Translations under genes and position numbers: made by a program
Notes under the pieces: model-generated
What the model saw: the letters and a program-made list of their open reading frames with translations, nothing else
Database searches by the model: none
What the model was told of the DNA's origin: nothing
Part shown: one piece after another, positions 25,397 through 35,313 of the stretch
How positions within the stretch are numbered: the stretch's first letter is position 1
Layout of the letters: every line of letters starts with the position of its first letter
Assembly (NCBI GenBank): GCA_000934665.2
Contig: JYFJ02004043.1
Coordinates: 1-35,313, forward strand
Source of the DNA: Catajapyx aquilonaris
Lineage: Eukaryota
Reading direction: 5' to 3'
Length of the DNA: 35,313 nt

Positions 25397-26214
25397 TCAA
25401 AATGCTGCACCGAGATATGCGCTCTGTATTTATGCACAGGTCTTAGAGAAGTCATGTCAAACTTAATTTCAAAAAGCTCATTTTGTAATGTATTCCCATC
25501 TGAAACAATCAAACAGACAGTAAAATAATGTACAAGCATTTGAAACGTAACAGTAGTCTACCATATTATATTATGTACTACCGGTAATATTGTTATTGAG
25601 AGAATAAATGCAATGAGTGCACATTATTTTGGTCATTGCCGTTTGTATTTCTTGGGCTCTTGGCAGAAGTGCTTTTACAAGAACACGCAACAAATTCCAT
25701 AATTCCGAATTATTGCAAAATAATGGTCATTAATTATTTATTTGTAATAAATTGATAGCATCAGACCATGTAATGTGTGAAGTAAGTATCGATGGGAGAT
25801 ACCGGTCTTCTACGTAGTAAAATAAAGAACATGGAATTCTCGTAATGGCAAATGGCAAATTCAATATTATATCCGACATATACAGTATTTTTTTTGATAA
25901 TGCTACCCCCTATTTGGGGGACAATGTGGTCTAGCGATTACTCAAATGGAAGCCGAACGGGAAGTCTGGTGTTTTAAAATCAGTCACGGAAGTCAGATCT
26001 CTTTTATTCTAGGTATATACAGTACAGACGTGTCCACTCCCTTCTCTGCCCAATGACAAAAGATATGTTGAATTTATAGGTCCGAATCAAAACCACAAAA
26101 ATAAATAACAATATCTCCTTTTGGAACGCCCCCTTTCCCAGTTTCAGCAACACATCACATGTAATATTAATGAAGTTCCGTGAAAATCCTTTGAAATGTC
26201 ATTATCCTACAGAG

Positions 26215-26215
<1 letters not shown>

Positions 26216-26293
<78 letters not shown>
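26216..26293. repeat. (AAT)n microsatellite
   Basis: ~26 AAT units with one interruption. Confidence 0.98.
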
Positions 26294-27080
26294 GGGCCTA
26301 CCTACCAGTCCCCTTTATTCGACACATAACGCTTGTTATCGTCACTCTGTCAAAAGTCATAACAGTGATTATTATCAGAAGTCGTAAGTTTTTTAAAAAA
26401 ATCAAAACTATAAAGAGTCCTTGACGAGATATTAAAGATTATTATAGGTGACTGCTTCTGACTAAATATTCCAAGTGAGCCATTTAGTATCTTACAAGAT
26501 ACTTTTTTTTCTGAAACTACAGGAAAAGAACTTTTCTATACCGATTGTACAATACTGTACTTTGCATATGCCTACTTTTGTACAACCGCGTGATAATGCA
26601 ACTTTCCCGTAGCATGCGAATTACAGCATACCCTTGATGAGTATAAGCGTTTCTCACCAGGCGGCATGACCACACAGGTTGTGTAATTTGTAGCCAGTCG
26701 ACCTTGGACTGATCATAACAGGAGAACTGCCAGGCAGGAAATAGTCTGGGATTCTTCGGCATCCTACACAGGGGGGCTGTTGACATCAAAAGGCGAAGCA
26801 CGAGGTTTCAACTTATCTAGTCAATCAACCTACGGAACCAATATTTTGGCTCAATAAGGTAAGATCTATGCACTTTCATTTAAAGGCATCTTGAATGCCA
26901 TTTTAATGTGTTGGTTTTGAGCTGTGATAGCGTACGAATCTGCTGTAATGACTCATCACTATAAAGATAAGGCGAATAATATTACTGCTTTGTTATACAA
27001 CCGGTGGTGATGGTGTCGTGATTTACGAGGTCAATTCAGGCGACATGCAGACCAATTAACTGCCTTATTTATTATTTCAG

Positions 27081-29691
27081 ATGCGTCTCCATCAAGTAGT
27101 CTTACTGATAACACTCAGTTTATTATGGTCCTTGAGTGAATCAGCAAATATTATGGTGTACTTAGCTGTGGCTTCTCCAAGTCATAAATTTGCCCTACTG
27201 CCCTATATCAACGGCCTGGCGGACGGAGGTCACAATGTAACAGTGGTGTCACCTGTTCCTGCTGGAAAAGAACCTCGAAAATTTGTAGATGTGGCTCCAG
27301 AAGCTGTGGTGAACATTATGGTCAGCAAAATGTTCGGTTTTGACGTTTTCAAGAGTAGAAGTCCTGCATGGATAATGGGGCCATCAGAATGGATACCTTA
27401 CTTCAGCACTGAAACCTGCAAAGCTTTTCTAGATTCTCCCGAAGCCACTGATTACGTAACTGGCCGATTCAAGGTGAGCCCATTGTTATATTCCTATTAA
27501 CAAAGATGATAATTGTCGGTAATGAAGTGCCGAATGAATGAGTGGCTGGTGCTCTGGTCATAATTGACAATATAAATAATTACTCCATATACATCAGGAA
27601 GTTCTCGCCACTAAATATTGCGGCTGGGCTTTCTGGAATGCCAAGCTATACATAAATGACTTATTTCTTCCGTCCTCGTTAGCCATTGTCTGGACAACTA
27701 ATAAAGCTCACAGTAAATAAAAGTGTCACACGACATGATGAGTGATAACATAAATCTAGGGCCTGCGTCTGGCGACGTAGGCACAAGATAAGGAGACTAT
27801 TAAAAGTTGCGGAGACGCTTCAATTACACTCGCTTCCGTCGCGTTATCGTCTAATAGCGCAGTTAGTTACTGTGACAGCATTGGAAAACCCATTAAATTC
27901 CACGCCAGACATGATGATAACTTCATAGGGTGGGCGTATGTGAAATTTCCATACCGTAGATTCGCACGCGAGCTAAATTCTGAAACACAAGGTTTTTCGG
28001 AAACGACAAAAGCTGCATCTTAGGATATATACCGGCATTTTTTCGATCAGCTGCACAAGTTGACCTTTCTTCCCCATTATTTCCTCTTTTTTTGCAGTTT
28101 GACCTGGTTGTCATTGATCCTTTGGCCAATGAATGTGCATTGCCCTTGGCCTACATCAACAACGCTCCACACATCTATTTCGACACCGCTGCTATTTACC
28201 CCTGGTTACCTCCTGCATTTGGCCTTCCTCCAGCTGCACTCTTCAAAGGAAGTATTTTAATTCCAAAAATGACTGACATCACCAACATATGGCACCGGCT
28301 CGTCACAGCAGTTGTGGACACCATGTGGAACACTTACCGATACTACTACACATTCCCTTCCGTCCAGAAGCTTTGGGAACAACGTTTGGGACGACCTTTA
28401 CCCTCGGTGGCTGACATGGAGTACAACACCAGCCTCCTCTTCATCAATACTGACTCAAGTGTCGAAGATCCCTTCCCTTACTTTTCAAATATTATCCAAG
28501 TAGGAGGGAATCATCTCACACCTCCAAAACCTTTGCCAAAGGTAAATGACTACATTGTCTGACTTTTATATCGTTAGGGTTGGACGGGGTAACTCTGATC
28601 AAGCTCATTTACAGTGTGTTTATGAAGTCAATCGGCAAACTTTTAGAGCGAATTAGGAATTACTGGTCACACAGGGTATCGAACATACTGTCAAAAAATG
28701 CGAAAATTTTGCAGTTTAACAACAACGACGGCGACGGTGATAATAATTAATTTACATCTTCTCCATGCAGGATTTGGAAGACATTGCGTCAGGAAGCAAA
28801 GAGGGTTTTGTACTCTTTGGGTTGGGATCCGTCGCTCAGGTCGACTTGATGCCCAAATCTATGTTCAAAAGCCTAGTGACAGCCATGGGAAAGCTCAAGA
28901 CGAGGGTCATCTGGAAATGGGAATCCGACGGCGAAGAAATCAAGCAATTACCGCCAAATGTCTACCCAGTGAAATGGTTACCCCAGAACGACCTTCTCGG
29001 TATGTCCACCAATTACAATACAGAGTGATCAAAAATACTAACATAAGTATTTTTGATCTCTGTAACGACTATGATCATCCACGAAAATCATGGTCCCACA
29101 TCATTGCAGCGCATCCAAAGTGTCGCGCTTTTGTGACCCATGGCGGCAAACTTAGCCTTCTGGAGGCGATTAACCATGGAGTTCCAGTGGTGGTCATTCC
29201 ATTCTTTGCTGACCAGGACATTCATGGCGGTATGGCACAGAGGCACGGATATGGAATCCATTTAGATATGTCCGATATTACAGCAGATAGTTTTTACAAA
29301 GCTGTCACAACTGTAACGGAAAATCCCAGGTATTAAGATCGCTTGTTCACGGATTGATGCTGCAGCAATTCTGCTTATACTTATCAAACTTACATTCTAC
29401 CGTTTCAGTTATCGTCAGACGGCTAAGAGAAGGGGTGAACTTTTGCGAGACCAACCTGACGACCCCTTGACCCGATCGCTATTTTGGACTGAGTTTATCA
29501 TCAGGAACAACGGGGCATCTCATATGCGGCCTGTGGCTCGGAATTTCACGTGGTACCAATATCACCTGGTGGATGTCTGGCTCATTGTTTCTGTAGCAGT
29601 ATTGGCGGCCATTATGATATCTGTTATTCTTGTAAGATGCGTTCTAAGGTTGTGTTGTGGCAGCAAAGGTCACAAGAAGAAGAAGGACTAA
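27081..29691 (+). CDS. UDP-glycosyltransferase gene 7; exons 27081-27473, 28098-28541, 28771-28999, 29110-29329, 29409-29691 (522 aa)
   Basis: Signal peptide, SPSH, [29 protein letters not shown], KKKKD end; five exons, GT-AG introns, frame intact. Confidence 0.93.
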
Positions 29692-30345
29692 TGCAGCAGT
29701 GTTAATCCGTTGAGAGATTCTTGATATTTTACGTACATAATGGGGTTATGACATTAAAGTTTACAAATTGAAATGCTATATTTTATTAGTGCACTTGATT
29801 GTGTATACTCCTCAAAGGCTATAGGTGGACCCATTTCAGAGAGCAGCCTTCCAGAGTTAGCTGCGCGATTCGTTGAAGTTCCGATCGATGGAAGTATGTT
29901 CGTTAGAGGCGGAGTAGAAGGTAACCTATAACGTCATATACTGTACGCATGTGCAAAATGTTCCAGACCATTCTAAAACCATGACGGACAGGTTGTCGTT
30001 TTCTATACTCTCCTCCCAAAAGTTTCAGGTTATGACAATTTTATAACAATAAATTTTATACTTGAGCGACGACATTAGAAGTGATACCCAAGAAAGGAAC
30101 ATCCGCCCTATCTAGGTGTGGATGGTATACCGGATGACATGGCTGCCAGCGTGACTGCGCGAGGAAGGTGACTCTTTTGGGTCACAGGTATGGGCATTGG
30201 GCAATGGGCATCATGCGAGATTTTAGGGTCAGGAGTGAGCCGCCGCGCCGGTATACAGTAGGTGTGACCTAGCGGCGTGAGAGGGCACCAGGACAAATCA
30301 ATATTCAACGTTTTTGCGGATCTGAACTGCAGTTAACTCTTAACT

Positions 30346-30573
30346 TTATTATTGATATTAAGAAGGTTGGCCCAGCATTGCCTTTCAACCTCCAAGGATA
30401 GGGAAGAAAGGAAGCGGCTGTGGCCTATTATACGGAAGCAACCCCGGAATTATCCTAGGAAGACCGTGGAAAACCACAGAAAACCACGGTCAGGGTTTCC
30501 GGCCCCGGGATTCGAACTCAGGACCTCCCGGTTAGCAGTCGGACGCCCTATCCACTATGCCAACCTGCTTCGG
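30346..30573 (-). mobile_element. tRNA-derived SINE, family A, copy 1
   Basis: Minus strand CCGAAGCAGGTTGGCATAGTGG (A box)...GACTGCTAA...GAGTTCGAATCCC (B box); core shared with the copy at 30872; short (AAT) tail. Confidence 0.85.
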
Positions 30574-30842
30574 TTTAAAAAATACACATATGTATAGTGC
30601 TGTATAAAACTTCGAATTAGACTCTGGTTACTGGTATAGCAATCAAATATGAGCCAGTAATTATATTTTCAGTTTTCTGCTAATATATAGTCAAGCGAAA
30701 ATATATTATTGCTCGATTGTTTCTTGGATGTCACCTTAGAAACCTTTGGTAAACAGACTAAACACAGACTGGCTTGAATGATCTTAGATCGACAGTTCTT
30801 CAGGAGCACAGACAATTGCAGTTAAGTAAGTTCGTCATTTCT
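30573..30842. repeat. Dispersed duplicated segment, copy 1 (truncated)
   Basis: Near-identical to 32247-32504 and similar to 33166-33307. Confidence 0.9.
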
Positions 30843-30871
30843 CTTCACTCTTCACTCTTAACTGACAGTTA

Positions 30872-31157
30872 CCGAAGCAGTAGTGGTGGAGTGGATAGGG
30901 TGTCCGACTGCTAATCGGGAGGTCCTGGGTTCGAATCCCGGAGGCCGGCGACCCTGACCATGGTTTTCTGTGGTTTTCCATGGTCCTTGCAGGATAATTC
31001 CGGGGTCGTTACTAATCATAGGTCACAACCGCTTCCTTCCTTCCCTATCCCTGCTTCATTCCGATGAGAAAAAGTAGTAAAAATGGAAGAGTTCCAGACA
31101 AAAAACTGGGAGAAATCCCCCCCGAGAAAAGCCCGGTAGGCTGATAATGGGGTATCA

Positions 31158-31220
<63 letters not shown>

Positions 31221-31242
31221 TATTATTATTATTATTATTAGT

Positions 31243-31318
<76 letters not shown>
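30872..31318 (+). mobile_element. tRNA-derived SINE, family A, copy 2 (full length, with TSD)
   Basis: A box TAGTGGTGGAGTGG, B box GGTTCGAATCCC, triplet-repeat tail, perfect 18 bp TSD ACTCTTAACTGACAGTTA at 30854-30871 and 31319-31336. Confidence 0.92.
31158..31318. repeat. Compound microsatellite (AAT)n(TAT)n(GAT)n(TAT)n forming the SINE tail
   Basis: Directly visible. Confidence 0.97.
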
Positions 31319-31322
<4 letters not shown>

Positions 31323-31827
31323 TTAACTGACAGTTAAAACGGCATGAGAATTCTTTTTTATTTATTGGAGACACCGCGAAAGGCCTCTTATACTCGAGTC
31401 TTTTGTAGGATGAGTGTCACCGAATTGAACGTATTATTTGTGGACACCATGTTGCGTTATATCAAGAATTTGTTCTAGCCTCCAGAGTGTCCTAGCTTTG
31501 TTTTACACTTACACCCTGTTGGCTACTAAAATCATCGATAGCCTCAGCTATCCGGATAACTAGCATGACGCCACATTTCCCTAAATTCAATGCACAGGGC
31601 ACAGGGGGACAGGGACTTGTTACTTGGCCAGTATTCCCCATAAGCCATAATATATTTTATGACTTTCTGAAACTAAATAGAAATAGACCTGATGACTCCT
31701 TTAATTTTCAAATATATAGCTTGATATGCATGAGAAGGCCTACTATGAAAACTAGATGGGCAAATCACGTGAACGTGATTAGAATAGACCTTTTCTCATT
31801 CTTACAAGTAGACTTGTGCGGATAGAG

Positions 31828-32030
31828 TGAACCCGGAAAACCGGAAGTGGCGGGTCACCGCAAGTTGACCATGACACCTGTTTTGGTCACTCTTAATCAG
31901 AATCTGAAAACCGTTTGCCGCCATCTCTTGCAGTTGAGGCCCTGATACCTGTCCACAGACGGACAGACGGACGGACATAGCCGATTTATGAATTTTTCTT
32001 AGATGATGAGAAAGTCTAACAATATTGATT
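31828..32030 (+). mobile_element. DINE-1/HINE-like (Helentron-associated) fragment
   Basis: AACCGGAAGT motif followed by the ACAGACGGACAGACGGACGGACAT microsatellite characteristic of DINE-1-like elements. Confidence 0.55.
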
Positions 32031-32246
32031 TGGAGAATCTCTGAACTTGTAACATGTTCCATATTTGCGATTTTAATATGGCACAACTGTTTACCAGTAG
32101 CGTAACGTAGACATGCTACATCTTGTGTAATTCTAATCAACGTAGGCCTAGATATTGAATATGAACTTGGTCATGAAAATTATTAAGTAATATGGCTGTG
32201 CAAAATGAGAGAAAACGTAAGTACCCCCACAGTATTTATCTAGTGC

Positions 32247-32617
32247 GTTTAAAAAAATACGCATATGTGTAGTGCTGTATAAAACTTCGAATTAGACTCT
32301 GGTTACTGGTATAGCAATCAAATATGAGCCAGTAATTATATTTTCAGCTAATATAGTCAAGCAAAAATTGTTGCTCGATTGTTTCTTGGACGTCACCTTA
32401 GAAACCATTGGTAAACAGACTAAACACAGACTGGCTTGAATGATCTGAGATAGACAGTTCTTCAGGAGCACGGACAATTGCAGTTAAGTAAGTTCGTCAT
32501 TTCTATGTAGATTTTATTTTCTACCGTATTAAGTTCTACCTCAATATCAACGTAACTGCATGATAGAACAATAATTTAAGGCATTGTACTATTTGACCCA
32601 AATGTCGATAGAAGGAT
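32247..32617. repeat. Dispersed duplicated segment, copy 2, containing a candidate minus-strand terminal exon at 32555-32462
   Basis: Homologous to copies 1 and 3; minus strand CATGCAG| then YVDIEVELNTVENKIYIEMTNLLNCNCPCS-stop. Confidence 0.85.
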
Positions 32618-32954
32618 TTTTTTTGCTGTTTACCCCGTAGGCCGCGGGCCCTTTCAGGGGGGTGGAATACCACCATTTCGTTCCATATTTCTGAATAAAC
32701 TTCAATCTCCGGTGCAAGGAATCAAGGACGTAGGGTAAGGATAGGGATTTTCGGGGAGGGGACACGGGTGCAGGTGCAATGACTCAATAATGGGCCATGT
32801 GCAGTCCCCCAGGAGGTTAGGTTGCCAGACACCTCCTTGGTCCGGGTGAGAGACCATCCCGACGCAGGTGAAAGGGAACTTCCAGGCTGGGATCGAACCT
32901 GGGACCTTTCGCTCAGAAAGCCGAGATGTTACCATCTCGGCCACCACACCTCCC
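32618..32954 (-). mobile_element. tRNA-derived SINE, family B, copy 1 (full length, with TSD)
   Basis: A box TGGCCGAGATGG, B box GGTTCGATCCC, oligo-A tail, 12 bp TSD CGATAGAAGGAT at 32606-32617 and 32955-32966. Confidence 0.92.
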
Positions 32955-33165
32955 CGATAGAAGGATATTCCTAACTGTGCGGCCAGGTTTCGTAAGAAGA
33001 CTAAAAGAACTCTCGCCCCAATGCCTATTTCTTTAGTCTATTGGTCACTATTACAGTAGGTGCTCCAAGACGAACCTTTTTAACCGTTAAAAGCCTATAA
33101 TCGTGATCATGCATATTATGCAACTTTTTGAACGTCAGATTGGGAAAAATCTACAGGGTGACCCT

Positions 33166-33434
33166 AAAATTGTTGCCTGGTTGTTTCTTGGGTGTCACCT
33201 TGGAAACCGTTGGTAAACACAGTCTGACTATTTCGAATGATCTTGTTAGGTGAGAAGTTCTTCAGGAGCACGTATAATTGCAGTTGAGTATGTAGTTCGT
33301 TATTTCTTGGTAGATTTTCTTGTCTAGCATATTAAGTTCTATCTCAATATCAACGTAGCTGCATGATGGAACGAACATATTTTTAGGCATTGAATTGTGT
33401 TATTGGACGCAAATAATATTCCATATCGATCTAA
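33166..33434. repeat. Dispersed duplicated segment, copy 3 (diverged), containing a candidate minus-strand terminal exon at 33358-33262
   Basis: Homologous to copy 2; minus strand CATGCAG| then YVDIEIELNMLDKKIYQEITNYILNCNYTCS-stop. Confidence 0.8.
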
Positions 33435-33582
33435 GGGCCAGTTGCACCGGCCTCAGTATAACTTAGAACCTCGGGTATAACAAGAATTGCCATAGCAATC
33501 ATTGTTGACCAACAATGATTGCTATGGCAATTCTTGTTATACCCGCGGTTCTAAGTTACACTGAGGCCGGTGCAACTGGCCC
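33435..33582. mobile_element. PIF/Harbinger-type MITE (148 bp fold-back)
   Basis: 73 bp arms with 2 mismatches, GGGCC...GGCCC termini, TAA target duplication on both sides. Confidence 0.9.
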
Positions 33583-33762
33583 TAAGGATATTTAAAACTA
33601 TTTTTATACAGTAGAACCAGATTTAGTAGGCACTCTGGCCCATAGGCCTTATTCTTTAGTCTCTTTTTTTTGCACAAAGTCGCTTATTGTTAAGCAAATA
33701 TTACTTTGGAACTGACACTACTTTTGAGGTTATACTGGGTGGCCCAAAAGTATGGACACGTA

Positions 33763-33883
33763 CAAGGGGGTACTCACTTCGGTACTCCGGTGTAGGCCTA
33801 TACCTGCAGTGGTACTCCTTGGTACTCCCAGGTACTCCTTGGTACTCCGGTGTACACTTTACAGTCTAGTGAGTACCCCCTCG
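33763..33883. mobile_element. 121 bp TIR element with internal GGTACTCC repeats
   Basis: TIR core AGGGGGTACTCACT/AGTGAGTACCCCCT; 8 bp TSD GACACGTA/GACACATA (1 mismatch). Confidence 0.75.
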
Positions 33884-34381
33884 GACACATAGGTATTATG
33901 TAATATGATTGTATTGTATTGTTGCTTGACAAATGACAACTAGCAGGCAACCAACAATACAATAGCCTGCAGTAGTAGCCTACCTACGGTACCGGTATGT
34001 ATTCAGACTTTTGGGTCACCTTCTAGAAAATATTAGCTACTAAACATCACATGAGACATGACCATCAATGTTCCGATGAAAGTCTGAATATTTTAACGCT
34101 CCAAACTGAAGATATGCATTAACTTATAAAAATTTGAAACCGTATGGGGATCACGTGACGGCGAATGACGTAATAGGTAACCTACGTCAACAATGCAGAC
34201 ATGGCCAAGTTGTGTGTCCGAGGCTGTGTATCGCCTTCCATATAGCCATGACTGACGCATTTTTGCTCTCACACTGTATGTGACTGTTTCCAAAGAGGAG
34301 AGGATTTCGCCTTCCTTTGTGTAGTATTTCAAAGGTCCCATATGGACACATTCCGGGCATTACTTTTTAAATATAAATATT

Positions 34382-34680
34382 GGGGAGGTACGGTGGCCGA
34401 GATGGTAACGTCTCGGCTTTCTGAGTGAAAGGTCCCAGGTTCGATCCCCGCCTGGGATTTCCCTTTCACCTGCGTCAGGAGGGTCTCTGACCCGCGCCTT
34501 GGAGGTGTCTGGCAACCTAACCTCCTGGGGGACAGCGCATGACCCCTTTACAGACATTGCACTTGCACCCATGTTCCCTCCCCAAAAATTCTTATCCTGT
34601 CTCCTTGTTTCCCTGCGCCGGATCGGTGGGTTAGAAGGGATCACTCGCTCGGATATTCATTGCATTTCAAAGCCAGAATG
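34382..34680 (+). mobile_element. tRNA-derived SINE, family B, copy 2
   Basis: Head and ~240 bp body match the reverse complement of 32708-32954; 3' boundary uncertain, no TSD seen. Confidence 0.85.
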
Positions 34681-35123
34681 AAAGCTTTTTTGGCCCAATA
34701 GCAACTTTGGTAACCTAAAAGGTAAACTGTTAAAGAGTAAGACAGTGCTTAAAATACTGTACGTTGCATAATGCCAAAATATTGATATGCAAGAGGAATT
34801 TTTATTTGAAACACACTACATCAACGCCAACGATGGGAACCCTAGCAATAAATGGCAATGCCGATGCCTTGGCGATGTTATTTTGTAAACAATCCGATTC
34901 AACTCTTAAAACTTTAATGCAATAGCTTATAGGGTTGTGGATGTTCGATTTAACAGATTTGGGTTGAAAATCATCCTATGTGATGGGTAAGGGTAAGGAA
35001 TGGATTTTTAGGTTCTAAAAAACCCTCAAATAGGTAGGCATTTAGGCCCTGAAAACAATCAAAATAGGCTCTTAAATTTTTTCTAGTTATTTTTATTAAA
35101 CATAAATTTAAGTGAGCCATATA

Positions 35124-35313
35124 CAGGGTGTTTACGACCTAACTTTACAAACTTCCAGGGGTAATAGAGGGGACCAAGACAAACATTTTTGACATAGGAA
35201 ACCGTGTCCGGAAACACCATCTAGAGGGGGTTCATAGACGAGGAACGGGTGCGCTCAGACGCGTCACGCAAGACGCGCAAGTCGAGCGGACTGTTTTGTT
35301 GATAGATGGCGCG
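35124..35313 (+). mobile_element. Left end of a Tc1/mariner-type element running off the window
   Basis: TA|CAGGGTGTTT terminus followed by a subterminal sequence typical of arthropod mariner-like elements; partner TIR not in the window. Confidence 0.6.

Noticed and set aside
26170..26424. Poly-Asn ORF
   Set aside because: Translation of the (AAT)n microsatellite
2728..29691. A true UGT1A-style locus with one shared set of constant exons
   Set aside because: Each of the seven N-terminal exons has its own complete downstream exons
30872..30950. Possible tRNA-Ser(GCT) gene
   Set aside because: No long variable arm; it is the head of a TSD-flanked SINE
31045..31374. Poly-Asn/His/Tyr ORF
   Set aside because: Antisense translation of the compound SINE tail
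33262..33264. TGA after ...CS as selenocysteine
   Set aside because: The read-through frame is not conserved between copies and I could not identify a SECIS
33770..33850. CRISPR-like short repeats
   Set aside because: Eukaryotic context; 8 bp units without unique spacers, enclosed by TIRs

Overview
Eukaryotic (invertebrate, most likely arthropod) genomic DNA. Bases ~2.7-29.7 kb hold a tandem, all plus-strand cluster of seven apparently intact, intron-containing UDP-glycosyltransferase (UGT, GT1 family) genes. Each splices by GT-AG rules into a 516-527 aa protein with a signal peptide, catalytic His, UGT signature, C-terminal TM helix and dilysine ER motif. Two decayed UGT exon remnants flank gene 4. 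The paralogs show intron turnover (two private introns, one precise loss), a likely gene-conversion tract and cluster-wide unusual residues in the UDP-sugar motif (HGGK, DQDxH). Intergenic DNA carries many fold-back MITE-like elements. The last ~5.5 kb is TE-rich: two tRNA-SINE families with swapped tails, a Harbinger-like MITE, a DINE/HINE-like element, a Tc1/mariner end, and a triplicated minus-strand segment that looks like a Cys-ending terminal exon of an unidentified gene. All calls come from reading the sequence; no searches were run.
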